From Mobula hypostoma (Eukaryota), in assembly GCF_963921235.1 (NCBI RefSeq), contig NC_086097.1, forward strand, positions 239,632,001 through 239,696,000: 64,000 bases of DNA, read 5' to 3'. The notes under the pieces are model-generated. The model worked only from the letters and a program-made list of their open reading frames with translations. It did not search any database and was not told the origin of the DNA. Position 1 is the first letter of the stretch; every line of letters starts with the position of its first letter. A program made the translations under genes and the position numbers. Shown one piece after another: positions 12,266-22,911 of the stretch.

Positions 12266-12980
12266 TAGAACACAGAACACAGAACGTAGAATAGTACAGC
12301 ACAGTACAGGCCCCTTCGGCCCACAATGTTGTGCCGACACTCAAACCCTGCCTCCCATATCAGCCCCCACCTTAAATTCCCCCATATATCTGTCTAGTAG
12401 TCTCTTAAACTTCACTAGTGTATCTGCCTCCACCACTGACTCAGGCAGTGCATTCCACACACCAGCCACTCTCTGAGTAAAAAACCTTCCTCTAATATCC
12501 CTCTTGAACTTCCCACCCCTTACCTTAAAGCCATGTCCTCTTCTATTGAGCAGTGGTGCCCTGGGGAAGAGGCTCTGGCTATCCACTCTATCTATTCCTC
12601 TTATTATCTTGTACACCTCTATCATGTCTCCTCTCATCCTCCTTCTCTCCAAAGAGTAAAGCCCTAGCTCCCTTAATCTCTGATCATAATGCATGCTCTC
12701 TAAACCAGGCAGCATCCTGGTAAATCTCCTCTGTACCCTTTCCAATGCTTCCACATCCTTCGTATACTGAGGTGACCAGAACTGGACACAGTACTCCAAG
12801 TGTGACCTAACCAGAGTTTTATAGAGCTGCATCATTACATCGCAACTCTTAAACTCTATCCCTCGACTTATGAAAGCTAACACCCCATAAGCTTTCTTAA
12901 CTACCCTATCTACCTGTGAGGCAACTTTCAGGGATCTGTGGACATGTACCCCCAGATCCCTCTGCTCCTCCGCACTACCT
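12266..12980 (-). mobile_element. CR1 LINE 3' fragment
   Basis: ORF 12341-12883 (LVRSHLEYCVQFWSP, RRMRGDMIEVYKI); very similar to 16158-16742. Confidence 0.93.
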
Positions 12981-13061
12981 GTTGGATCTCACTCCTTCGC
13001 AGAGTATGACCTTCAGAGGAATTTGTCCCCTTGTACACAATAAAAATGAATATTCTGTTTC

Positions 13062-13268
13062 AAAACAGACTATGTGTTGGAGGAGCTCAGCAGGTCAGGC
13101 AGCATCTATGGATAGGGTAAACAGTCGACGTTTCGGTCTGAGACCTCTCATCAGGACTGGAATATCAACTGTTTATTCCCATCCATAGATGCCGCTGACC
13201 TGCTAAACTCCTCCTCACATTGTGTGTATTGCTCTGGATTTCCAGGATTTGCCATACCTCTTGTATCT
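13062..13268. mobile_element. Fold-back pair of inverted Penelope-like terminal repeats, no ORF
   Basis: About 13079-13125 is an imperfect reverse complement of about 13168-13213; hammerhead motif between the arms. Confidence 0.78.
13122..13159 (-). ncRNA. Minimal type-I hammerhead ribozyme motif, core intact
   Basis: Minus strand CAGTC-CTGATGA-GA-GGTC-TCA-GACC-GAAA-CG-TC-GACTG. Confidence 0.72.
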
Positions 13269-13289
13269 ATGAATAATCTGTTGCCTTTG

Positions 13290-13608
13290 CAACACACAGA
13301 CAATGCTGAGGGAACTCTCAGTTCAGGCAGCATCCATGGAGGCAAGTGTACAGTCGATGATTTGGGCGAGATCCTTCATCAGATCGGGAAATGAAGGAGG
13401 CAGAGGCCAGAATAAGAATGTGGGGAAAGGGAAAGGAGTTCAAGCTGGCAGGTGATAGGTGAGACCGGGTGAGCAGGAAGGTGTGCAGGTGGGGAGAGTG
13501 GAGATGAAGTAAGAACCTGAGAGGGGACAGGCATAAATCAGGTGATTGCTCATTCCCCTCCATGGACGCTGCTTGATTTGCTGAGTCCTTCTGCACGCTG
13601 TGTTGTGA
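13290..13608 (-). mobile_element. Older Penelope-like 3' region with inverted terminal repeat
   Basis: Reverse complement of the 22600-22800 type tail; degenerate hammerhead at about 13351-13385; inverted arm at about 13548-13608. Confidence 0.65.
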
Positions 13609-14154
13609 CAACCGTACTTGGTTTTGAATAAGAGCTTTCTCTTCATAATAAGATGAATCAGCTATGCTAATACTGCAGATTAAACAAGGATAGAATATTT
13701 GAAGACCTTTTCTCATTTTCTGAAGCCAATTTAAATAAAAATGTGCTCATGTTGTAGATTCTTGAAAATTAGCATTTTATTAACAATGTGTGCTGCATGT
13801 TAATTAAGCTTTGTTTTGCACTGTGTAATAAAGCAATGTCAAAACTCAAAAAAAAGCTAAATTAAGTGTAGCCAAGAATAAAGAACACCTGCTAACTTTA
13901 ATATTATTAAGAAATGACACCAGAAAACAAAAAGCCTGCAGTACTGCAGAATTTCATGCCTATTATTGCTGCAAACAATTACCCCTCTGTGTATTCTAAG
14001 AAACTTCCAAGACCTTTCAGATTCAAATTGAGATTCAGATTCATTTATCACATTTGCATTGAAGCATACAGTGAAAGGTGTCATTTGCATTAACAATCAG
14101 CACATCCAAAGATGTGCAGGGGCAGTCTGCAAGTGTCACCACATATCCCAGCGC

Positions 14155-14385
14155 TAGCATAGTGGTTGGCACAACGCTTTACAGTACAGGCAACCCGGCT
14201 TCAATTCCCACTGTTGCCTGTAAGGAGTTTGTATATTCTCCCCATGACTCTGAGTTTCCAGAGTTCTGGTAGATAAGTTAATCGGTCATTGTAAATTGTC
14301 CCACGATCAGGCTAGAATTAAATTGTGGCTCAAAGGGCCTGAATTGCCTATTCTGTGCCGTATCTCAGTAAATAATAAATAAATA
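14155..14385 (+). mobile_element. tRNA-derived SINE (HE1/V-SINE-like)
   Basis: A box TAGCATAGTGG, B-box-like GCTTCAATTCC, tail shared with 15700-16060. Confidence 0.75.
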
Positions 14386-14699
14386 GACCTGGATTCTCAG
14401 CACAACACAGAACAACAACAATAACAACAACAACAATAGCAACAGAGCAAGACATCAAGAACAAAACAACCCCTTTCCCACACTCCCACACACACAGACA
14501 GGCCTTCAACACCAGGACAGGCCTCCGAGCCTTCAGCCCTTGGCCCCAGACTCTCAGTCATCGGGCCTCAAACCTCCAGTCTCTGGCCCGGGCTCACAGA
14601 CTTAAACTCCAAGAAGGGATATGCACCAAATTATAAACTCAATCAAGTAAAGGAGTAGGTAGTATTATAACTCACTTGGCCCATTTTTGGACTAAAGAT

Positions 14700-14935
14700 T
14701 ACCTCTATTTGTCATATGTATATCAAAATACACAGTGAAATGCATCATTTGCGTCAAAGCAAATCAGCAAGGATTGTGTGCTGTGCTTCTGGCACCAACA
14801 AAGCATGCCCACAACTCACTAACTCCACCCCGTACGTCTTTGGGATGTGGGAGGAAATGGAAGCACTGGGAGGAACCCACATGGTCACAGGGAGATCGTA
14901 CAAATTCCGTGCAGGCAGCAGTAGAAGTTGAACCT
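14700..14935 (-). mobile_element. V-SINE
   Basis: TTTGGGATGTGGGAGGAAA...GGAGGAACCCAC reverse V-domain. Confidence 0.7.
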
Positions 14936-15332
14936 ATTCTGAAAGAGATGCTCTGTCTGCTACGCTTCCGTGACATCCCTGTTTCCACAGGTAAGCACAA
15001 TAGGGACCCGATTTTTGAGTTGGGCATTGAGAGAACTGCCTAAGTGTTGGGGCCAATGAGACAGTTGTTGAAAATGTGAAGGGGTAGAGAGGTCTGAGGG
15101 AGAGAAGCAAGTGATGAGGGGATAGTGTGGGACAGTGCAGCGATGACAGTCGAGACAAGTCAGATAAGCAGGGAGAATGGTGAGGGCAGGAAGCCTATCA
15201 CTCCAGCATTGGAAGAATATTAATGACCTGGGTGGGACGAATGGAGGGAGGCTGGGAATGTCAACATGATCATTCCAGCAACAGGAATGCAATCAGAAGA
15301 TGGTGAAGCAAACGTGATATCCAGGGGAACAA

Positions 15333-15516
15333 TGACTCAGACCATGAGAGGCCCGCGTCGGGCATTTTCATGCCTTACAAGGTGCAGATTGGACGTCTGT
15401 GTGGGACACCACTCCTCGCACAGACTAGAGCAATGTTTGATCACAGCTGAGGCTCGAACTAGCAACTTTGAGGTAACTAGACGAACGCCTTAACCACTTG
15501 GCCACATGCCCAACAC
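15333..15516 (-). mobile_element. tRNA-derived SINE, second family
   Basis: Minus-strand A box TGGCCAAGTGG and B box GTTCGAGCC, followed by a non-tRNA body. Confidence 0.72.
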
Positions 15517-15589
15517 ATGTGGTATCGAGGAGGGAGAAAAAATAACCTGGAGGACGTGAAGGAGCAGAATCTGCGAAAGAGAAGATTAC

Positions 15590-16060
15590 AATAATTCCCA
15601 CTTCTGTCTCTAAGGAGTTCGTACGTTCTTGCTGTGACTGCTTGGGTTTCCTCCAGGTGCTCCAGTTTCCTCCCACAGTCCAAAGACATACCTGTTGGCA
15701 GGTATTTGGTTATTGTAAATTGTCCCATGATTAGGCCAAGGTTAAGTCATGGGTTACTGGGTGGCACGGCTGTGGTAAACCATATATATGTTGTAACTGG
15801 GTTAACTGTCTGGACACACCCCTTTGCTGACTGCCCTTGTGGCTCCTCCCACAGCTCCTGAATAAAGGTGATTTCGCCTTGCCCCTCCCCCTCAGTCCGG
15901 GGGGCAGACACTCAGCATGGAAGTCATATTGTACAGCGAATAAAAACCTTTCAGTATTCACCCTACTTCAGTCTTTTGGAGTTATTGAAGGTGCTTCAAC
16001 AGCTCAAAGGGCCAGAACAGCCTATTCTGTGCTGTAGCTCAATAAACAAATAAATAAATA
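15590..16060 (+). mobile_element. V-SINE interrupted by a solo LTR
   Basis: TGGGTTTCCTCCAGGTGCTCCAGTTTCCTCCCACAGTCCAAAGAC; tail resumes at 16004; (AAAT)n end. Confidence 0.8.
15771..15998 (+). mobile_element. Solo LTR, same family as 6273-6501
   Basis: TGTGGTAAA...GGTGCTTCA; TSD ACGGC/ACAGC (one CpG-type mismatch). Confidence 0.88.
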
Positions 16061-16157
16061 ATTGAGCAGTGGGGGAAGAGGCTGGGAAAAGGTAAAAGAA
16101 GAAACCTACTTAGAAGCTAACATCCCTGCTACTCCTTGTCCTACATTTTGAACCAGC

Positions 16158-16742
16158 TTAGAACATAGAGCATAGAATAGTACAGCACATTACAGGCCCT
16201 TCGGCCCACAATGTTGTGCCGACCCTCAAACCCTGCCTCCCATGTAACTATCCAACTTAAATTCCTCCATATACCTGTCTAGTAGTCTCTTAAACTTCAC
16301 TAGTGTATCTGCCTCCACCACTGACTCAGGCAGTGCATTCCACGCACCAACCACTCTCTGAGTAAAAAACCTTCCTCTAATATCCCCCTTGAACTTCCCA
16401 CCACTTACCTTAAAGCCATGTCCTTTTGTATTGAGCAGTGGTGCCCTGGGGAAGTGGCGCTGGCTGTCCACTCTATCTATTCCTCTTATTATCTTGTACA
16501 TCTCTATCATGTCTCCTCTCATCCTCCTTCTCTCCAAAGAGTAAAGCCCTAGCTCCCTTAATCTCTGATCATAGTGCATACTCTCTAAACCAGGCAGCAT
16601 CCTAGTAAATCTCCTCCGTAACCTTTCCAATGCTTCCACATCCTTCCTATAGTGAGGCGACCAGAACTGGACACCGTACACCAAGTGTGGCCTAACCAGA
16701 GTTTTATAGAGCTGCATCATTACATCGCGACTCTTAAACTTC
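16158..16742 (-). mobile_element. CR1 LINE 3' fragment
   Basis: C-terminal part of ORF 16226-16975 (FKSRDVMMQLYKTLVRPHL...). Confidence 0.93.
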
Positions 16743-17107
16743 CTCCTTTGGTTATCCTCAGTACCCAATGTGTGTGAGTCTGAAAATCCGGGGTCAAAGA
16801 CTGGAAGCCTGGAAGCCAGCTGGCGGACTGACCTGGGGATGGAGGCCCCTCTGGAGTTTGTGACTGGATGGGTGAGTGGTTGGGATGAGAAGGGGCTTGG
16901 TTTGCTATTCTTGTCTTGGTATTGTTTTGTTGTTGGTGTTGCTGCTTGTGTTGTTCTGTGGAATATTGTGGGCATTATTGCCCCAGAAAGTAAGGTAACC
17001 CTTGCGGGCTACTCTGGCTCATCCTTCGGTATGCTGGTTGTTAACGCAAATGACACCTCTCTGTACATTTTGATGCACAGACGATAAATAAATAAGTCTA
17101 AATCGGA

Positions 17108-17245
17108 CAACACACATCAAAGTTGCTGGTGAACGCAGCAGGCCAGGCAGCATCTCTAGGAAGAGGTACAGTCGACGTTGCATTCACCAGCAACTTTGAT
17201 GTGTGTTGCTTGAATTTCCAGCATCTGCAGAATTCCTCGTGTTTA
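17108..17245. mobile_element. Fold-back Penelope-like terminal repeats
   Basis: 17108-17137 and 17179-17208 are reverse complements at 29 of 30 positions. Confidence 0.82.
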
Positions 17246-17849
17246 CGGTTTAAAAATCTAAATCAGAATTTGAATCTGTTAGAATGAATAGTCTGGCCAT
17301 ACAAAGGAACTGGTTTGAACCCCGGTGCTTTGTAGGAAATATGACAAATTGAAAAGCAAAAGACTGAAATCCTCTTAATAAACTAAACAATCACTAAATC
17401 TTGTGCAATGTGCAAGAACTATAATTTTCAGATTTTCAAAATCCATCTTAGAATATAAAATGGATGTTTTCCAACCTGTTAACAAATTGATATTAAAAGA
17501 TATGATTGGGCCTTACTGCTCTTGTCTGTGATTGATAGGATACCTAACCTACCATGACTTTGGACTGCTTTGCACAATATTGATAATCAACCAAATCTAA
17601 TCAATCACAGCATGACTGCAGTACAAAGCTCTGTGAAGTGCAGCTTAACTGCTGCTTGCCAGAGTCATTAAAGATGAACAAGAGCATTGATGACTGATCA
17701 TTGACCGGATGCACAAGTGGCATTAATTATCAACACCCAATTTTACAACAGAAACACAATCAACTCCATTATAAAAATTAATGAATAAGGTGAAATGATT
17801 TGGCACAATGCAATTCAGAATTTTCGCATACGTACATATGGACAATTTA

Positions 17850-18574
17850 CACTTCACTTGCCACACCTGGGCACCTGCTGACCAATGCAAATATCTAATC
17901 AACCAATCATGTGGCAGCAACTCAATGCATAAAAGCACACAGACGAGATTCAAACAAGAGGACATGAGTTGAGAGTTAAAGAGCAAAAGTTTAGGGGTAA
18001 CATGAGGGGGAACTTCTCTACTCAGAGAGTGGTAGCTGTGTGGAACGAGCTTCCAGCAGAAGTGGTTGAGGCAGGTTCGATGTTGTCTTTTAAAGTTAAA
18101 TTGGATAGATATGGACAGGAAAGGAATGGAGGGTTATGGGCTGAGTGCAGGTCAGGACTAGGTGAGAGTAAGAGTTCGGCACGGAGTAGAAGGGCTGAGA
18201 TGGCCTGTTTCTGTGCTGTAATTGTTATATAGTTATGGTTATATGGTCAAGACATTCAGTTGTTGTTCGGACCAAACGTTAGAATGGGGTAGAAATGTGA
18301 TCTAAGTGACTTTGACTGAGGAGGAATTGTTGGTGCCAGATGGGGTGGTTTGAGCAAGTCAGAAACTGCTGATTTCCTGGGATTTCCACACACAATATAA
18401 CGCAATATTCATGTATATGGTTGGGTGGCAATTAAATTTCAACTTGAATAACCACACATTACAACAGTGGCATGCAGAAAAGCATCTCAGAGTGCACAAC
18501 ACATTCAGCCTTGACGTGGATAGGATACATCAGCAGAAGACCACTTCTGTAACTAATAAAGTGGCCAGTGAGTG
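17850..18574 (+). mobile_element. Tc1-like non-autonomous DNA transposon, interrupted by a CR1
   Basis: 3' TIR CTAATAAAGTGGCCAGTGAGTG followed by TA; transposase N-terminal remnant (CDLSDFD..IVGAR.GGLS.SETAD.LGF); same family as 62759. Confidence 0.8.
17945..18243 (+). mobile_element. CR1 3' fragment
   Basis: QTRGHELRVK...TQRVVAVWNELP; TTATATGG-type tail; same family as 19838-20584. Confidence 0.9.
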
Positions 18575-18709
18575 TATATCATAAGAGCAAAATAATATTG
18601 AGACTGAAAATCTGGATATTGCATTGGAAAATCTTTAATAGTAGTTGGCACTTTCTAGGTGCCAGCTGTCATCCAGTAGCCCTTACACCCACTGTGATGA
18701 AATGCTTAG

Positions 18710-19463
18710 AGAGGATGGTGATGAAACATATTTGAAGACAGAATATAACATTAATGGGAAACTCATGGTTGATCAGCGAGATCTTGGGGTCCATGTCCAT
18801 AGGACACTCAAAGCTGCTGTGCAGGGTGACAGTGTTGTTAAGAAGGTGTATGGTGTGTTGACCTTCATCAGTCGTGGGACTGAGTTTAAGAGCTGTGAGG
18901 TAATGTTACAGCTATATAGGACCTTAGTTAGACCCAACTTGGCGTATTGTGTTCAGTTCTGGTCACCTCATTACAGGAAGGATGTGGATGCTATAGAGGA
19001 GACTTACAAGGATGTTGCCTGGACTGGAAAGCATGCCTTTTGAGAACAGGTTAAGTGAACTTGACCTTTTCTCCTTGGAATGACAGAGGAGTCTTGATAG
19101 AGGTGTATAAGATGATGAGAGGCATTGATCGTGTGGATAGCCAGAGGCTTTTTCCCCAGGGCTGAAATGGCTATCATGAGAGGGCATAGTTTTAAGGTGC
19201 TTGGAAGTAGGTACAGGGGGGATGTCAGAGGTAAGTTTTGTACACAAAGTGGTGGGTACATGGATGCACTGCCAGTGAAGGTGGTAGAGGTGGATACAAT
19301 AGGGTATTTTAAGAGACTCTTAGATAGGTACATTGAGCTTAGAAAAATAGTGGCCTATGCAGTAGGGAAATTCTAGGCAGCTTCTAGAGTAGGTTAAATG
19401 GCTGGCACAACATTGTAGGCTGAAGGGCCTGTAATGTGCTATAGATTTTCTATGTTTCTATGT
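18710..19463 (+). mobile_element. CR1 3' fragment
   Basis: QRDLGVHVHRTLK, LVRPNLAYCVQFWSP, RGHSFKV; TTTCTATG tail. Confidence 0.9.
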
Positions 19464-19837
19464 AACTCCTGCCTGAGAAATGATCTGGATCTGCTCCACT
19501 GCACTCAATCCTGGAACATCTGGACAGCAAAGGTACGTACATCAAAGGTTCATTTACTATTAGAGTTTACAACTCTGAAACTCTTCTCCTCCAGATAGCC
19601 ACAAAACCAAGAAAGAAAAGGGAGGCAGCACAATCGTCAAACCCCAAATCTCTCCTCCTCATACAAAAAAAAAGAACAAAAACAGAACAGGCACAGCAAC
19701 CCCCAAATCACTCCTCCCCCCACCCCCAAACACACAAAAAAAAACAAGAAAGATTGGGCATAAAAAACACAGAATAAAAAAAATGTAAGACTGAAAAAAG
19801 TCTATAGTGCAATTCCATATCCCAAATAGCTATATAA

Positions 19838-20584
19838 TATAACCATATAACAATTACAGCATGGAAACAGGCCATCTTGGCACTTCTAGTCCATGCCAAA
19901 CTCTTACTCTCACCAAGTCCCACCGGCCCGCACTCAGCCCATAACCCTCCATTCCATTCCTTTCCTGTCCATATATCTATCCAATTTAACTTTAAACAAC
20001 AACATCGAACCTGCCTCAACCACTTCTGCAGGAAGCTCGTTCCACACAGCTACCACTCTCTGAGTAAAGAAGTTCCCCCTCATGTTGCCCCTAAACTTTT
20101 GCCCTTTAACTCTCAACTCATGTCCTCTTGTTTGAATCTCCTCCACTCTCAATGGAAAAAGCCTATCCACGTCAACTCTATCTATCCCCCTCATAATTTT
20201 AAATACCTCTATCAAGTCTCCCCTCAACCTTCTACGTTCCAAAGAATAAAGACCCAACTTGTTCAATCTTTCTCTGTAACTTAGGTGATGAAACCCAGAT
20301 AACATTCTAGTAAACCTTGTCTATGCTTTCTCTATTTTGTTGACATCTTTCCTATGATTCGGTGACCATACTACTACTACTATGTCGACTCAGGCCTAGG
20401 GGGCAAGGCAGGGACCAAAACTGTACACAATACTCCAAATTTGGCCTCACCAATGCCTTGTACAATTTCAACATTACATCCCAACTCCTATACTCAATGC
20501 TCTGATTTATAAAGTCCAGCATGCCAAAAGCTTCCTTCACCACCCTATCCACATGAAATTCCACTTTCAGGGAACTATGCACCA
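19838..20584 (-). mobile_element. CR1 3' fragment containing a 44-bp insertion
   Basis: ORFs 19934-20305 and 20352-20768 (LVRPNLEYCVQFWS). Confidence 0.9.
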
Positions 20585-20637
20585 GGGTAAAATACAGAAA
20601 ACCTGGGTAGCATTCTCCAGGCACAGTGGCAGGCCTT

Positions 20638-20775
20638 TCCTTCTGCAGTAGCAGAGTGATCCCACCAGTGATCAAAAGGCAGTCTCCCCTCTCTGGTAAC
20701 AGAGCAATCCACCGGTGATCAAATGCAGTCTCCCCTGTCTGTATCGGAGTGATCTCACCAGCAACCAAAAGTCAG
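20638..20775 (+). repeat. Degenerate tandem repeat, unit about 46 bp, about 3 copies
   Basis: GTAGCAGAGTGATCCCACCAGTGATCAAAAGGCAGTCTCCCCT-like units. Confidence 0.7.
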
Positions 20776-20887
20776 GCAACCAGTGTCCAGCTTCTGCATA
20801 CCCCTTTATGTTACAATCTCCCTCATTGCTTTAATTGGCAAAATGGAGTCGAACATCGGCTCCCACCCACAGCCTTCTTGCCACGAG

Positions 20888-21092
20888 GTACGTGGTTCAA
20901 CAGTCTGAAGGCGGCAAAGCTTAAACCACTCCAAAAGATCGAGCTCATGAGGACGTTCATGATCCCTAGGATGTACTACCATCTGACCCTCATTGAAGCG
21001 TCGCAGAACTATCTGAGAGAGCTGGACCATCTGATCAGGAAAACGGCCAAGGAGATCCTCCACCTACCCCAGGATACAGCAGATGGTATACT
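20888..21092 (+). mobile_element. R2-like (RLE-clade) non-LTR retrotransposon fragment, RT thumb region
   Basis: LKPLQKIELMRTFMIPRMYYHL...LRELDHLIRKTAKEILHLPQDTADGIL resembles the R2-type LKPxQK...IPR...LD..IR...K..LHLP..T pattern. Confidence 0.7.
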
Positions 21093-21309
21093 GCCTTTTG
21101 GAATCCCCTTGGAGACTACAGAGCACTGAATCACCTAAACAACTTCCAAGCTGTAAGTCACAGGCTACAACGGTTCCAGAATCACATTCAAGAAGAAAAA
21201 CAAATGCAAAAGACATAAAAGAACTGAAATATATGGTTTTGTAATCTATCCAGAAGATGCTGACTGAAGGAGCGTTGTACTCTGGGGCCATCTTGACCGA
21301 AAGTATACA

Positions 21310-21843
21310 TCGGGCTGCTGTTATTGACTACAGTTCTGCATTCAATACTATCATCCCCTCAAAGCTCATCAATAAGCTTCAAGACGTTGGCCTTAGTACC
21401 TCCTTTTGCAATTGGATCCCCAATCATATGGCATATGGATAGTAGAAAAATGGAGCACTATGCAGGAGGGATGGGTTAGATTGATCTTAGAGTTAGTTAA
21501 AAGGTTGGCACAACATCACGGATGGAAGAGTCTGTACTGTACTGCAACTCTCTGTGTTGTGCGTATCTACACAGAGCACTATCACAGGAAAGTAGCATCC
21601 ATCATCAAAACCCCGACCTTCCAGGCCATGCTCTCTTCTCACTACAGTCTTTAGGAGGAAGGTACAGGAACCTGAAGACTCACATGACCAGGTTTAGGAA
21701 GTTATTACCCCCTCAGCCATTAGGATCTTGAAACAGAGGGGATAACTTCAATCAACATCACTTGCCCCATCAATGAACTGTTTGCAGAACATAAGGACAC
21801 AACTTCAAATGACTTTTCATCTCATGCTCTTGATATTTATTGC

Positions 21844-21878
<35 letters not shown>

Positions 21879-22055
21879 TTTTATACTTGCATAGATTGTT
21901 GTCTTTTGCACATTGGTTGTTTGTCCGTTCTGTAGGGTAAGGTCTTCCAATAATTCTTATATTTACTGTGAATACCTGCAAGAAAACAATTCAGTGTGAT
22001 ATATGGCGACAAGTATGTATTTTGATAATAAACTTATTTCGAACTTTGAAGTTTG
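21310..22055 (+). mobile_element. Rex1/Babar-type LINE fragments, with a CR1 tail at about 21430-21560
   Basis: [42 protein letters not shown]. Confidence 0.75.
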
Positions 22056-22134
22056 AAATAACAGGAAACGCAGATTTAAACACATGGCTTATGAATGTTC
22101 ATGGATTTGAAACGTCATCCCTTTCTCTTCCTCC

Positions 22135-22820
22135 AAATACTCCTTCAAGGTGAGGCAACAATTCACCTGCAAATCTATTGGGGTCATATATTTTATCCAG
22201 TGCTCCTGTTTTGGCCACTTCTACAATGGGAAAACCCAATGTAAATCGAGGACCACTTTGTCAATCAACTTCACCCCATCCGTCAAGAGCAGAATTTCCC
22301 AGTGGCCAACCATTATAATTCCTATCCCCATTCCCATTCCAACATGTCAGTCCATGGCCTCCTCTTCTACCACAATGAGGCCACTTTCAGGGTAGAGGAG
22401 CAACACCTCATATTGCATCTGAGTAGCCCCCAACCTAATGGCATGAAAATTGATTTCTCCTTCTTGTAAATTTTTGCCTCTCCTCCTTTTCTTCTTCGAT
22501 TCCCCACTCTAGCCTCTTACCTCTTTGCCTCACCTTCTATCACCTCCCTCTGGTGCCCCTCCATCTTCCCTTCCACTCTCCTCTCCTATCTGATTCCTTC
22601 TTCTACAGCCCTCTACCTTTCCCACACATCTAGCTTCATTTATCATTTTCTAGCATTATTCCTCCTTCCCCTCCCCCAACTTTTTATTCTGGCTTTTTCC
22701 CACTTCTTTTCCAGACCTGATGAAGGGTTTTGGCCTGAAACGTTGACTGTTTATTCACTTCCATAGATGCTGCCTAAACTGCTGTATTGCTCTGTATTTC
22801 CAGCATCAGCAGAAGCTCAT
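22135..22820 (+). mobile_element. Penelope-like element 3' end (GIY-YIG endonuclease and terminal repeat)
   Basis: VRQQFTCKSIGVIYFIQCSCFGHFYNGKT; EEQHLI..L...QPNGMKIDFS; pyrimidine-rich UTR; hammerhead motif. Confidence 0.85.
22712..22749 (+). ncRNA. Minimal hammerhead ribozyme motif
   Basis: CAGAC-CTGATGA-A-GGGTT-TT-GGCCT-GAAA-CG-TT-GACTG; core intact, one stem I mismatch. Confidence 0.6.
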
Positions 22821-22911
22821 GTCCAAAATCTTCTGTTTTTTTTTCACTTTACTGAATACCTTCAGTCAACCTTGAACAACCATAAGCATGACTATATCTT
22901 GCTTATGGAGA

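Noticed and set aside
15440..15516. Possible tRNA gene (A and B boxes); also the SINE head near 14155
   Set aside because: No complete cloverleaf seen, and the sequence continues into a SINE body
20638..20775. CRISPR-like repeat spacing
   Set aside because: Contiguous degenerate tandem units with no unique spacers, no cas genes, and vertebrate context
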